A stretch of 64,000 nucleotides of DNA from Patescibacteria group bacterium (GTDB taxonomy: Bacteria > Patescibacteriota > WWE3 > UBA101185 > UBA10185). Position numbers and translations under genes: made by a program. Below, piece by piece: positions 25,615-36,687 of the stretch. Position 1 is the stretch's first letter. Each line of letters opens with the position of its first letter. The notes beneath the pieces were generated by a model. The model saw only the letters and a list, made by a program, of their open reading frames with translations, did not search any database and was not told the DNA's origin. The stretch spans positions 41,574 to 105,573 of the forward strand of contig JAUMAA010000003.1 of NCBI GenBank assembly GCA_032117075.1, read 5' to 3'.

Positions 25615-25650
25615 AAATGGCGAGGGCAAAATGCCCTCGCCATTTTTTTA
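25615..25650 (+). terminator. Rho-independent terminator after rplT
   Basis: aaatggcgagggc-aaaat-gccctcgccattt followed by TTTTTA. Confidence 0.7.
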
Positions 25651-25673
25651 TCTCCTCAACTCAAACCAAGCTA

Positions 25674-26177
25674 TCAATCCTCACCAAGATCTGCAAGAAA
25701 GTTCCATGTCGACTCACCAATGCCTTTGCGAAAGTCTTCGTCAGTCTTTGCTTTCCAGGCATTCTTGGAATGAAATACTTTCTTTGACTGAGGATCGTAC
25801 TGATCTAAACTCAGCGAGAGCTTGAGATTTGCCTTTTTTCCTTCTACAAGCTTGTAATGAAGCTTTTCGAAAAGATTATTGGCCTCATCTAAGTAGGTAA
25901 GCATGTTAAGAACATCCCTTGGAATCCTAGCTCCCTTGGTTAAGAATCCTAGCTCCTCGACAATAAAAAACCGGAAGTTCTTCACCTTTCTTCTACGGGG
26001 ATACAAGGGGGACAGCTTGCCAAAACGAATCTTAAACAGCATCAAATACAAAACTGTTTGACCATCAAAAGTCTCTAATAAATCGTAAATTACCTCCAAG
26101 ATCTCAACAAAGCGGTCATTGCGGATAAGCTTTCCATTAGGAAATACTGAGTACTCCTTAACATTTGACCTACCCAT
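25674..26177 (-). CDS. Hypothetical protein (GC-enriched, inserted between rplT and pheS)
   Basis: ORF with GGAGG RBS. About 42% GC. Preceded by a conserved leader shared with the 18285-18413 ORF. No family recognised. Confidence 0.5.
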   Translation of the reverse strand: MGRSNVKEYSVFPNGKLIRNDRFVEILEVIYDLLETFDGQTVLYLMLFKIRFGKLSPLYPRRRKVKNFRFFIVEELGFLTKGARIPRDVLNMLTYLDEANNLFEKLHYKLVEGKKANLKLSLSLDQYDPQSKKVFHSKNAWKAKTDEDFRKGIGESTWNFLADLGED

Positions 26178-26244
26178 CTCTCTACCTCCTATAATTATTA
26201 AATCTCCCCATTAAATTTAATATTTTTTGATAAAATAGCAAGAG

Positions 26245-27225
26245 ATGAATATTTCAAACCAAATTGAACAAATTTTAAACACATTTGCCGAAGACTACAT
26301 CAACTTAAATAAAGATGTACTTTATCTTAAATACTTTTCTAAGAGTAATGGGTTAGTTACAAATTTAATCAAACAAATACCCTCACTATCAAAAGAGGAT
26401 AAAAAAATTTACGGACAAAAAATTAATGAGTTATCAAAAGATTTAGAAAATAGAATAAGTAGCTTAAATGTTAATGAAAAAACTAACCTAGACGAAACAA
26501 TTAAAGTAACAGATATTAAAAGAGGCGGTCACTTACATCCTGTAACCGAAACAATCAGAGAAATGAATAACTTTTTTAAATTTTATGGATTTTCAGTCTA
26601 CGAGGGACCTGAAATTGAAACAGAGGAATACAATTTTAGAAAACTAAATTTACCAGAAAACCATCCTGCAACAGACTTGCAGGATTCGCTCTATATCAAA
26701 CCAGGAGTACTTCTTAGAACCCACACTTCAAGCATTGAAACTAGGGTGCTAACCAATGAACAGCCCCCAATTAGAGTTATAATGCCTGGAACAGTCTTTA
26801 GAAATGAAACACCCAGTGCAACCAATGCTAGTTTTTTTCATCAATACCAAGGTGTTGTTGTGGACAAAAACATTACTATCAAAAATCTTGTTTCTACACT
26901 TACTGAATTTCATAAGCATTTATTTGGGCCCGATGTTGTTATAAGATTTAGATATAAATATTACCCTGAGGTTTCACCAGGACTTGGAACAGATATCCGA
27001 TGCTTATTTTGTAAAGGTGAAGGATGTAAGGTTTGTAAGTACAGAGGATACATTGAGGTTTTAGGAAGCGGCATGATTCATTACAACACTCTTAAAATGT
27101 GCGGCATAGATCCTAATGAGTACACTGGATTCGCTTTTGGCATGGGGTTATCAAGATTAGTTATGCAAAGACATAAAATAGATTCAATTAAAAAACTATA
27201 CGGAGGAGAAATAAGCTACCAATGA
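26245..27225 (+). CDS. pheS: Phenylalanine--tRNA ligase alpha subunit
   Basis: Class II aaRS motifs (LLRTHTSSIE, GTVFRNE, FHQ.QG), typical PheS length. Overlaps pheT by 4 nt. Confidence 0.9.
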   Translation: MNISNQIEQILNTFAEDYINLNKDVLYLKYFSKSNGLVTNLIKQIPSLSKEDKKIYGQKINELSKDLENRISSLNVNEKTNLDETIKVTDIKRGGHLHPVTETIREMNNFFKFYGFSVYEGPEIETEEYNFRKLNLPENHPATDLQDSLYIKPGVLLRTHTSSIETRVLTNEQPPIRVIMPGTVFRNETPSATNASFFHQYQGVVVDKNITIKNLVSTLTEFHKHLFGPDVVIRFRYKYYPEVSPGLGTDIRCLFCKGEGCKVCKYRGYIEVLGSGMIHYNTLKMCGIDPNEYTGFAFGMGLSRLVMQRHKIDSIKKLYGGEISYQ

Positions 27226-29093
27226 TTGTTCCAATAAAGTGGATTAAAGATTATCTAACTACACATAAATCACCAAAAGAAATTGCTAAATCTTTTACTG
27301 AGATAGGCCTAATGCTTGATAGACCTATTCTAGGGGAAGTCTTGGACTTAGAACATAGAATGGATAGAGCAGATTGGTTATCTATTTTAGGCTGTGCCAG
27401 AGATTTTGCTGCATTTGAAAATATTAAATTTGAAGAACCTGAACTTATATCAACTAATCTTGAAAAGAAAAATGAAATTGAAATACAAGTTAAATCAGAT
27501 AAAGTTAATAAATTCAGAACTAGAATCATTAGAAATATAAAAGTAGGTGAGAGTCCAAAATTCATACAAGAAAGATTAATTGATTACGGATTACCAGTTA
27601 TTAACAATATTGTAGATATAACTAATTTTGTAATGGTGGAATACGGCCAACCACTTCATGCACAAGACATTGAAAAATTCCAAACCAAAGAAATTGTATT
27701 AAGAGATTCGGAAGAAGGGGAGTCAATTCAGACCTTAGACTGTACAACTACTAAACTAATAGAAGGAACTTTAGTACTTTCTGAAACCAAAAGACCAATT
27801 TGTATTGGAGGAATTGTAGGTGGTCTAAGAACAGGAGTAACAGAAGATACCAAAAACATTGTATTGGATGGAGGTAACTACGATCAGGCAAGTATCAGAA
27901 AAGCATCAAGAGAATTAAATATCAGAAATGAAACTGTTTCTAGATCTGAAAAATTTCTTTCACCAGAATTAGTGGATTTAGCAATTATCAGAGCAACAGA
28001 TTTAATCCTGGAATATGCTGGAGGGGAGGCATTTGAAAATGATGATTATGAAAATTACCACCCAACTTCTAGAAAAATGATTTTAACAAAAGAAAGATTA
28101 GAAAAAATTTCAGGAGAAGATTTTTATTTTGAAAAAGCAGCAGAAATTTTCGATAGATTAAACTATGAAATAATTTCAAAAGATGAAGATAAAATTCATG
28201 TTAAAACACCTTATTTTAGAACTGACATAGAAGTAGAGGATGACTTAATTTCAGATGTTCTAAGAATTTATGGTTACTCAAAAATTACAGCAGAGCCAAT
28301 TAATAATTTTCCTCCTAAAAATATAACTCCTTCAATCTTAAAAGTGCAGGATGAAATTACAGATTATTTAGTTTCAATTGGATTAGATGAGCATATTACT
28401 GACCCATTCTTAAGATATGATGGAAATACAAATAGAGTGCTACTTTTTAATTCAGTCAACTCTGATAAAGATTCATTAAGGATTTCCATAAAAGAATCTT
28501 TAAAAAATGCCTTAGAATTTTCTCAAAAAATAGGGAAAGAAAATATACAAATTTTTGAAATAGGAAATGTTTATTTCAAAAGAAATGAAAATCTTGAAGA
28601 AGAAAGAAGGTTAGGTATTTTATTAAATTACGGAAATGCTAATTCAAATAGTTATGAAATAAGAAGGGTTTTAAATAGTTTACTCTCTTTCTTAAATATT
28701 GATTATTCATTAATTCATTCTAAAAACGGAATTAGTATCATAAAAAAAGAAATGGAATTAGGATTTTTTGCAGAGAATTATGCAGAATTTTATCTTGATA
28801 AAATTCTGCAATTATCGACTTTTAAAACTCAAATTATATCCGATTTTGAAAACTTATCAAAAGAAGATTTAACCTTTACTGCACATATAGATGCCACAAA
28901 TGGGGAGGTAATTGAATATATGAGATCTTTAAACCCACTTGTAACTAAGATTGACTTTATTGATGAGTATCAAAATGAAAATCAAAGAAAAGTTACAGTG
29001 AGATTTTTCACCAGTTACCCAGCTGAAATGAAAAAAATTAGAGAAGAATTAATTAACAATACCTCCAAAAAATTTGGTGTAACTTTTTATTAA
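27222..29093 (+). CDS. pheT: Phenylalanine--tRNA ligase beta subunit (short form)
   Basis: N-terminal MIVPIKWIKDYL... The B3/4 and B5 regions are recognisable. Follows pheS. Confidence 0.85.
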   Translation: MIVPIKWIKDYLTTHKSPKEIAKSFTEIGLMLDRPILGEVLDLEHRMDRADWLSILGCARDFAAFENIKFEEPELISTNLEKKNEIEIQVKSDKVNKFRTRIIRNIKVGESPKFIQERLIDYGLPVINNIVDITNFVMVEYGQPLHAQDIEKFQTKEIVLRDSEEGESIQTLDCTTTKLIEGTLVLSETKRPICIGGIVGGLRTGVTEDTKNIVLDGGNYDQASIRKASRELNIRNETVSRSEKFLSPELVDLAIIRATDLILEYAGGEAFENDDYENYHPTSRKMILTKERLEKISGEDFYFEKAAEIFDRLNYEIISKDEDKIHVKTPYFRTDIEVEDDLISDVLRIYGYSKITAEPINNFPPKNITPSILKVQDEITDYLVSIGLDEHITDPFLRYDGNTNRVLLFNSVNSDKDSLRISIKESLKNALEFSQKIGKENIQIFEIGNVYFKRNENLEEERRLGILLNYGNANSNSYEIRRVLNSLLSFLNIDYSLIHSKNGISIIKKEMELGFFAENYAEFYLDKILQLSTFKTQIISDFENLSKEDLTFTAHIDATNGEVIEYMRSLNPLVTKIDFIDEYQNENQRKVTVRFFTSYPAEMKKIREELINNTSKKFGVTFY

Positions 29094-29127
29094 TATTTTT
29101 TTGGAACTTTTCAAAAATTAAAAATTA

Positions 29128-31785
29128 TTACTCTGGTTTAATTGTGTTTACAACATTAAGTATAATCTCGTCCGAGCTTTCGTTTCCATCTCTATCAGTA
29201 ACTTTTGCTTTAAACTTATGATTTCCTAGATTTCCTTCATTAAGTTTAAATGTAAATCCAAATGGATAAGACGAGTCCTCACCAACCTGGACATCATCAA
29301 AATAAAATTTAACATTTCTTATTTTCTCAGAAGCAGATATTTCGGTAGAAATTCTAAATTTTAAAGGAACATTGGTATTTGGTGCAGGAGCTACAATTTT
29401 AATATAAGGTTCAATATCATCTAACTCATCTCCATCGTATTTAAGTCTAGAAGTAATTGTTGGAGGGAAGTAGGTGTCATCTTTAGAAAAATTTTCTTGT
29501 AACCAAGCATCTGTGTAAATCTGCCAATCTGGATAGTAATCTTTAATTCCAATAAATGTCTTTGTTTCTGTCTCATCAGCATTTTTACAATCATCATTGG
29601 CAATTCGTCCGTCAACTTCACAAATCTCAATAGTTTGGTACCAATCACTTATTGATAGAGGTTCTGTTCCTTTCACAAACCACTCTGATCTCTTAGGAAA
29701 ATCTTTGTACGGAAGCATGCCTGTTCTTTCATCAATTTCAACTTTTTTAACTGTTTCAGGAGCTACAAATTTTTCTACTGAGTCCCCTGTAGTAGGTTTA
29801 CCTTTTAATAAAGATTTCATGGTTTCAGCCCAAATTGGAGTCGCACCAGATACACCAGAGGCAATAGATTCATTCAGCGGTTCATTGTTTGAGTTTCCTA
29901 CCCAAACTCCAACTGTGTATGAAGGAGAATATCCAACGGCATAGTTATCTCTTTTATTATTTGTTGTACCTGTTTTAACGGCTACTTGATGATTTGGAAT
30001 TTTTAATAAAGAATTAGTACCGAATACAGCACTTCTAGCAAAATCATCAGATAGCATTTCTGAGATCAAAAAGGCAGTTTCTTCTGATACAGCTTTCTCA
30101 CCCGACTGATTAGGAGTATAAATTACCTCTCCTTTTCTATTTTTAATTTCTAAGATGCTTACTGGTTTGTTATAAGTACCCTTATTACCAAACACTGTAT
30201 AAGAAGATGTTAATTCTAGTAGCTGTGTTTCCCCACCTCCTAAAGTAATTGATAAACCATATTTCGATTTATCACCAAAAGAATTAATTCCCATTTTTTT
30301 TGATAAATCTAAAAAGTTTTGTAAACCTAAAATTTTTAATGCTTTTACAGCGGGAATGTTTAAAGAGTTTGCTAATGATTTTCTCATTGAAACAGGTCCT
30401 TTGTAGGTACCGTCATAATTAACAGGAACATAAGCACCCTCCTCACCAACACCTTCTCCAGTAAAAGTAGTAGGAACATCTAAAAATGAGAAGGCTGGTG
30501 TAAATCCTCGTTCAAGAAGACCTGCATATGTAACAGGCTTAATAGCAGAACCAGGCTGTCTATTGGCTACAGCTACATTAAAAAAAGGGTCAAATTTACA
30601 TCCTTTTGATCCTGCAGTTGCAGATTCACAACCTTGTGGTTCGGGCTTTCCAAAGTAGTTTTTAGAACCAATCAAAGAAAGAATCTCACCAGTTTTAGTA
30701 TCCATAACAACCATTGCAGCATTGCCGACACCGAATTTTGCTTCTGTTTCTAAAACTTTAGTCATAATTTTTTCTGATTCTTCTTGCTTATCGATATCTA
30801 AGGAAGTTCTTACTTCTAGACCTCCAGACTCAACAACATCCTCACCAAACATCTTAATCAATTCATCTTTAACATAAAACACAAAGTGTGGGGCTTTAAA
30901 AATAGCAGCAGATGGCTTAAAATCTAATTTTTCATTGATTGCCTGATTGTATTCATCCTCAGAAATATATTGCCTATTTCCATCTTTATCAGCCCAACCT
31001 TTTGTCCTCATTAAACTTAAAACGAAGTTTCTTCTCTCAACCCCAGCTTCTTTGTTCGAGGAATAAGGGGAGTAATACGAGGGTCTTTGAGGAAGTCCGG
31101 CAAGATAAGCTGATTCGGAAAGTGTAAGATCTTTTGGCTCTTTAGCAAAGTATGCTTTTGCTGCTGCATAAATTCCATAGTTTTGACCGCCATAAGGTGT
31201 TTCATTAAAATACATCTGTAAGATTTCGTCTTTAGAATATTTAGACTCAATTTGAAGAGATAAAATTAATTCTTTAATCTTTCTATCAATTGTTCTATCT
31301 TGTGTTAGAAGTGCATTTTTTACAACCTGTTGAGTAAGTGTGGATCCACCTTGTAATCCCTCTCCTGTTGCGGTGTTTCTAACAGCCCTAGCCATACCTC
31401 TGATAGAAAATCCGCTATGTATAAAAAACTCTGCATCTTCTGCGGAAAGGGTTGCATGTAACACATTTGGGGAAACATCTTCAAGTTTAATTAAAACTCT
31501 ATTCTTATCCCCATATAATTCAAAAATAGGTTTCCCATTTCGGTCTAAAATCTTACTTCCACTTTCATTTCCTTTTGAACTTAGTCTATTAGGATCTGGA
31601 AGGTCCTTAGAGTAAAGTATAAAAACAATATAAATCAAAATAAGTACTAAGGCCAAAGAAGAACTTAAAAAATTAAACAATAAAGATAGCCTTTCGTACC
31701 TTATATCGGAGTCAGAAAGTTTAGGTTTTGACTTAAAGTTCTTACTAAAATTGCTGTATTTTGAATTTTTAAACCCACTTTTCAT
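29128..31785 (-). CDS. Class A penicillin-binding protein (PBP1A-type transglycosylase/transpeptidase) with C-terminal extension
   Basis: N-terminal TM. GT51 motif EDAEFFIHSGFS. Transpeptidase SxxK (GSAIKP), SLN, KTG(T) motifs. C-terminal region of about 150 aa beyond the TP domain. Confidence 0.9.
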   Translation of the reverse strand: MKSGFKNSKYSNFSKNFKSKPKLSDSDIRYERLSLLFNFLSSSLALVLILIYIVFILYSKDLPDPNRLSSKGNESGSKILDRNGKPIFELYGDKNRVLIKLEDVSPNVLHATLSAEDAEFFIHSGFSIRGMARAVRNTATGEGLQGGSTLTQQVVKNALLTQDRTIDRKIKELILSLQIESKYSKDEILQMYFNETPYGGQNYGIYAAAKAYFAKEPKDLTLSESAYLAGLPQRPSYYSPYSSNKEAGVERRNFVLSLMRTKGWADKDGNRQYISEDEYNQAINEKLDFKPSAAIFKAPHFVFYVKDELIKMFGEDVVESGGLEVRTSLDIDKQEESEKIMTKVLETEAKFGVGNAAMVVMDTKTGEILSLIGSKNYFGKPEPQGCESATAGSKGCKFDPFFNVAVANRQPGSAIKPVTYAGLLERGFTPAFSFLDVPTTFTGEGVGEEGAYVPVNYDGTYKGPVSMRKSLANSLNIPAVKALKILGLQNFLDLSKKMGINSFGDKSKYGLSITLGGGETQLLELTSSYTVFGNKGTYNKPVSILEIKNRKGEVIYTPNQSGEKAVSEETAFLISEMLSDDFARSAVFGTNSLLKIPNHQVAVKTGTTNNKRDNYAVGYSPSYTVGVWVGNSNNEPLNESIASGVSGATPIWAETMKSLLKGKPTTGDSVEKFVAPETVKKVEIDERTGMLPYKDFPKRSEWFVKGTEPLSISDWYQTIEICEVDGRIANDDCKNADETETKTFIGIKDYYPDWQIYTDAWLQENFSKDDTYFPPTITSRLKYDGDELDDIEPYIKIVAPAPNTNVPLKFRISTEISASEKIRNVKFYFDDVQVGEDSSYPFGFTFKLNEGNLGNHKFKAKVTDRDGNESSDEIILNVVNTIKPE

Positions 31786-31822
31786 ACTCTAAGTATAACA
31801 ATTTAATGTTAAAATACGAAAT

Positions 31823-33016
31823 ATGGAACAAGAAAAAATTCATGAACTTTTATTTAGAAATATCGATGAAATATTACCTTCCAAAGAATTTCTTCTTTCA
31901 AAAGTAGAGAAGGGCGAAAAGATTAAAATTTACCACGGAATAGACCCTACCTCAGAAACATTACATATAGGACATTTGGCAGCTTTAAAGAAAATGAAAC
32001 ATTTTCAAGAACTAGGATGGGAAGTTATTATTTTAATGGGCGGGATGACAGCAACAATTGGGGACCCGAGTGGAAAATCAAAAGTAAGAAATAAACTTAC
32101 AGTTTCAGATGTAAATAAAAATATTGAAAAAATTAAGAAACAAATTGAAAAAGTAATCTCATTTGATGGAGCAAACAAAGCATCTCTTCTTAACAACTAT
32201 GATTGGCTATCAAAATTAAATTTTGAAGAGATAGTTGAATTATCATCAAATATTACTCATGAACAAATGATTGAGAGAGACATGTTTCAAGAAAGAATGA
32301 AAAATCACGAACCAATATACATGCATGAATTTATGTACCCACTCATGCAGGGATTTGATTCAGTAGAAATGGATGTCGATGCGGAATTAGGAGGAAGTGA
32401 CCAACTTTTCAATATGATGATGGGAAGAACTTTACTTAAAAAAATTAAGGGTAAAGAAAAATTTGTAATTACAATTCCACTATTAACAGATTCGAATGGG
32501 AAAAAAATTGGAAAATCAGAAGGAAATATAATTCCTTTTGCAAACGGTAATCCTTACGAAACATTTGCTGGAATTATGACCTTAGGAGATAGTGTAATAA
32601 TCAAATGTTTTGTAGCACTTACCGATGTATCTTTGGAAGAAGTTTCAATCATGGAGATTGACATGCAAAAAAATGGAGCCAATCCTATGGTCTATAAAAA
32701 GCTTTTAGCCTTCACCTTAGTTAAGGAAATTTACAACGAAGAAGAAGCTAAAAAATGCCACGAAGAATTTGAAAAAACAGTACAAAATAAAGAATTTTCC
32801 GAGAACCAATCTGTAGAAATTGAAGTACAGGAGGAAGAAAAAGTATTAGATTTTTTAAAAAGAAATTTAACAGGATTCTCCAACTCTGAAATTAAACAAG
32901 TAATTGAACAAAACGGTCTTTTAATAAATAATGAAAAAGTATCCGATTTAAACTTTTTAATTAAAAAAGGAGACGAAATTAAATTTGGGAAGAAAAACTT
33001 TTTTAGATTAAAATAA
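31823..33016 (+). CDS. tyrS: Tyrosine--tRNA ligase
   Basis: HIGH motif (TLHIGHL), KMSKS-like KIGKSEGN, C-terminal S4-like domain. Confidence 0.8.
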   Translation: MEQEKIHELLFRNIDEILPSKEFLLSKVEKGEKIKIYHGIDPTSETLHIGHLAALKKMKHFQELGWEVIILMGGMTATIGDPSGKSKVRNKLTVSDVNKNIEKIKKQIEKVISFDGANKASLLNNYDWLSKLNFEEIVELSSNITHEQMIERDMFQERMKNHEPIYMHEFMYPLMQGFDSVEMDVDAELGGSDQLFNMMMGRTLLKKIKGKEKFVITIPLLTDSNGKKIGKSEGNIIPFANGNPYETFAGIMTLGDSVIIKCFVALTDVSLEEVSIMEIDMQKNGANPMVYKKLLAFTLVKEIYNEEEAKKCHEEFEKTVQNKEFSENQSVEIEVQEEEKVLDFLKRNLTGFSNSEIKQVIEQNGLLINNEKVSDLNFLIKKGDEIKFGKKNFFRLK

Positions 33017-33153
33017 ATTATGGATTTTTTGAAAAAATTTAAAAATAAAGAATATAGAAAAAAAGTTTTTATTGTAATCCTTGCAATCCTTTTCTTGGCT
33101 GGAACTTTTTTACCAACTTTGGTTTTTCTCCTTTAAGGTAAAGCTAAACTATT

Positions 33154-35175
33154 ATGTTAAAACTAAATAGCCATATCTCTAAAATTTCAGGAATTGGCCC
33201 TAGTTACGAAAAATTATTTCAAAATATTGGAATTAACACTGTAGGCGAGTTACTTTTGCATCTCCCATTTAGATTAGAAAAATTTTCTACTCATAAAAAA
33301 ATCGAGGATTTAATACCTGGGGAGCAAGCTATTTTTGAAGCAGAGCTTTTTTCCATAGACAATATTAGAACTAGAACTGGAAAAAGATTGACCAAAGGTG
33401 TAGCAAAAGATGAAACAGGAAAAATTGATTTGACTTGGTTTAATCAGCAGTACCTTACCAAAAGTTTAAAGTTCGGAAAAAAGTATAAATTTATTGGTAA
33501 GGTTGATATTTTTGGAAAAAAACTTTCTCTCGTCGCACCGAAAGTAGAAGAAATTAAAAATGAAGAAAATTTTGAACTAGTAAACCAAGGAGAAATTATC
33601 CCTGTGTATCCTGAAACTAAAGGCCTCTCATCAAAATTTATATCATCAAAAATGAAAATTGCTTTAGAAGAATTGGTGGATGAAGATTTTCTTCCCCAGG
33701 AAATAATTGAGAAGTATGGATTTTTGAAATTAAAGGATAATTTTTCAAAAATCCACTTCCCAGACACTGTAGAAGAAAATCCAAAACTCTTAGAAAAACT
33801 ACAGTTTGAAGAACTTTTTTTACAGATGATTAAAATTGAAAAAAGAAGAGAAGAGTGGGGAGAGAAATTAAATTCATTCATAGTTAAGAACTTCTATGAA
33901 AAAACTCAAGAATTGGAAAAGTCACTTCCTTTCCCGCTCACTGAATCTCAGAAAAAAGCTATCCATGAAATTTCTGAAGATTTAATTTCTCAAAAACCTA
34001 TGAATAGGTTGCTTGAGGGAGATGTGGGAACTGGAAAGACTTTAGTTGCTGTCTTTGCATCTTATTTAGTAGCTGAAAATGGGTATCAGACTCTTTACTT
34101 AGCCCCGACTGAAATTTTAGCTAAACAACATTATGAAACTTTTAAAAAGTATCTTGAACCGATGGGAATCAGAATTGTACTCAAAACAGGGGGAAGTAAA
34201 ACTAATTTGGAAAATTTGGACTTTGATATCTGTATTGGAACACATGCGATTTTGTTTGATTTTGAACATTTAAACAAAATCGCACTAGTAATAGTAGACG
34301 AACAACACAGATTTGGTGTAGAGCAGAGATCAAAAATTTTGAATATTTATAATCATCAAGTTACACCAAATCTTTTAACGATGACAGCAACGCCAATTCC
34401 AAGAACTCTAGCTCTTACAATCTACGGAGATTTAGATATTTCTATACTAGGTGCACCTCCAAATAAGGATAAAAAAATTACAACTTATGTGGTGCAACCA
34501 AATAAAAGAGATGAGATGTATCAATGGATTATAGAAAAAAATGAGCCTGCTTTTATTGTCTGTCCATTTATTAATGAATCTGAAAATGAAGATTTTGCTC
34601 AAGTAAAATCAGCAATAAAGGAGCATGAAAACCTCTCAAAAGGTATATTTAAAAATAAAAAGGTCGGACTGCTTCATGGAAAATTAAAACCCGCTGAAAA
34701 AGAGGGGATTCTAACATCCTTTAGGTCTGGTGAATTTGACATCTTAGTATCAACACCAGTTATCGAAGTCGGAGTTGATATTCCAGATGCCAACATCATT
34801 GTAATTGAATCTGCAGAAAGATATGGATTGGCATCACTCCATCAATTAAGAGGCAGGGTCGGTAGAGGACAAAAAGAAGGGTTTTGCATTGTAATACCCT
34901 CCACCTTTTCTAAACCTTCATATGAAAGATTAAAAAATTTAGAAAAAACAAATAATGGATTAAAATTAGCAGAACTTGATTTGAAAAATAGAGGAGAAGG
35001 GGATATTCTAGGAAAATCTCAATCAGGAGTTAAGACACTTAGATTTGTGGATTTAAGTAACCTTGAATTAATTGAAAAAGTAAAATCAGATGCAAAAAAG
35101 TATTCCAAGCTTTTAAATGAAAATCCTAAGTTGAAAGCTGTTCTTGACGAAGTTCAGATAACTTGGAACAATTAA
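33154..35175 (+). CDS. recG: ATP-dependent DNA helicase RecG
   Basis: N-terminal wedge/OB region. Helicase motifs GDVGTGKT, DEQHRFG, TATPIPRT, and the C-terminal RecG domain. Confidence 0.9.
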   Translation: MLKLNSHISKISGIGPSYEKLFQNIGINTVGELLLHLPFRLEKFSTHKKIEDLIPGEQAIFEAELFSIDNIRTRTGKRLTKGVAKDETGKIDLTWFNQQYLTKSLKFGKKYKFIGKVDIFGKKLSLVAPKVEEIKNEENFELVNQGEIIPVYPETKGLSSKFISSKMKIALEELVDEDFLPQEIIEKYGFLKLKDNFSKIHFPDTVEENPKLLEKLQFEELFLQMIKIEKRREEWGEKLNSFIVKNFYEKTQELEKSLPFPLTESQKKAIHEISEDLISQKPMNRLLEGDVGTGKTLVAVFASYLVAENGYQTLYLAPTEILAKQHYETFKKYLEPMGIRIVLKTGGSKTNLENLDFDICIGTHAILFDFEHLNKIALVIVDEQHRFGVEQRSKILNIYNHQVTPNLLTMTATPIPRTLALTIYGDLDISILGAPPNKDKKITTYVVQPNKRDEMYQWIIEKNEPAFIVCPFINESENEDFAQVKSAIKEHENLSKGIFKNKKVGLLHGKLKPAEKEGILTSFRSGEFDILVSTPVIEVGVDIPDANIIVIESAERYGLASLHQLRGRVGRGQKEGFCIVIPSTFSKPSYERLKNLEKTNNGLKLAELDLKNRGEGDILGKSQSGVKTLRFVDLSNLELIEKVKSDAKKYSKLLNENPKLKAVLDEVQITWNN

Positions 35176-35200
35176 GAATAGAAAATTAAACACATACCTC

Positions 35201-36067
35201 ATGAAAAGATTATCAGAACATTTAGAAAATATTAAAAAGACAGACGATTCAGAACTTTATCAAAAATCAGTAATTGCAATAAATAGCATAAGAGGAGAAC
35301 ACTCTGAGGATATAAATATAATAAACGAGATTAATGCCGAATATTCAAAGGAAGAAATAGAGCTAGCATTTAATCCTTCTATTCTTTCTGTAAATGAACA
35401 ATCAAATCTTTCGGAGGAATCAAAAGTTAGAATGGTTAAAATTTTAGCTTCTTACTACGATATTGATTTACCTAAAAAAATCTCACCTATGGACTTAAAA
35501 GACAAATACGAAGTAGTAACATCTGCATACAGAATTGACAGAAATACCAAGGAAAGTTCCTCAGCTGTTGCCCTATCCAATTCCGATGATGAAGAAAACG
35601 ATTACTCACTTCTTGAAAACCTCATAGGTGAGCAAAAATCAAAATTCTTTGATGAAAATGTTGAATTAACTGCTCAAGCTATAGGATTTAACTACCACGA
35701 ACTTCTTATTCTTTGCAAAAGTAAAGCAAAAAACGAAGCACAAATGGAAAAATGTGATGATTTTTTTGAAAAATTATTTAATAACTTACTTACCTTCATC
35801 AAATTTGAATTTTCAAAAATGAATGAAAATTTACAATGGTACTACCATATGAGTTATGAGAAAGCTTTACCAATTAAACATGCGATGACTTACTTCTCAA
35901 GTCTAGATTTATTTGACGAAATTCTTCTGGAATTAAATCCCGTAGAATATAAAAAAATTCTAATAGCCCTTGAAGATATTAGAAAAATGGATGATGAGCT
36001 TAGCAATTACCCTAGCTGGTATGCCCACTATCAAAAGGTCCAGAGGGACAGCAAGATGATAGAATAA
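35201..36067 (+). CDS. Hypothetical protein
   Basis: ORF; acidic, helical; no motif recognised. Confidence 0.45.
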   Translation: MKRLSEHLENIKKTDDSELYQKSVIAINSIRGEHSEDINIINEINAEYSKEEIELAFNPSILSVNEQSNLSEESKVRMVKILASYYDIDLPKKISPMDLKDKYEVVTSAYRIDRNTKESSSAVALSNSDDEENDYSLLENLIGEQKSKFFDENVELTAQAIGFNYHELLILCKSKAKNEAQMEKCDDFFEKLFNNLLTFIKFEFSKMNENLQWYYHMSYEKALPIKHAMTYFSSLDLFDEILLELNPVEYKKILIALEDIRKMDDELSNYPSWYAHYQKVQRDSKMIE

Positions 36068-36071
36068 GGGC

Positions 36072-36632
36072 ATGATATTTAACTCACCTAGAATAAGTTC
36101 CGGAGAACTAAGAAATAGAAAACTAAAATTACCTAAGTTTAACGAATTAAGAGTAGTCAGAGATTTAGTAAGACAAGCTATCTTTATGATTATTGGAGAA
36201 AAAATTATAGATTCCAGAGTTATGGACCTATTTGCTGGAAGCGGGATTTTAGGTTTTGAAAGCATAAGTAGAGGAGCTAAATTTGTCGATTTCGTAGATG
36301 AAAACTACTCATGTTCCCAAACAATACTAGAAAATGCAAAAAATATGGGTGTTTCTGAAAAAGTAGCCAGTCATCAAATAAAAGCAATAGGATTTGTTGG
36401 AAATGCCTTCGAAAAATATGATGTGGTGTTTTTGGATCCTTTCTATGAAGATCATAAACATAAGTTCTTACTTCAATTAATTCACGATTCCCTAGAAGAA
36501 GAGGGTATTGTGGTGTTCCTTCACGGAGGTACTGATATTAAAGAACTTATTCAAAATATTCCTTTGGAGGTTTTTGACGAAAGAAAATATGCTAAAACAA
36601 TAGTAACTTTTCTTAAAAAGAGAGCAATCTAA
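36072..36632 (+). CDS. rsmD: 16S rRNA (guanine966-N2)-methyltransferase RsmD-like
   Basis: LDLFAGSGILGFE motif I and DPPY-like LDPFYE. Confidence 0.7.
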   Translation: MIFNSPRISSGELRNRKLKLPKFNELRVVRDLVRQAIFMIIGEKIIDSRVMDLFAGSGILGFESISRGAKFVDFVDENYSCSQTILENAKNMGVSEKVASHQIKAIGFVGNAFEKYDVVFLDPFYEDHKHKFLLQLIHDSLEEEGIVVFLHGGTDIKELIQNIPLEVFDERKYAKTIVTFLKKRAI

Positions 36633-36687
36633 ACTTTTTATTGACAAAACAAACCTCAAAAGGTATATTCAACCAAAGGACTAAATT

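Noticed and set aside
29421-29944. ORFs 29421-29648(-) and 29597-29944(+) within the PBP gene
   Set aside because: They are an overlapping/antisense frame of the well-supported class A PBP.
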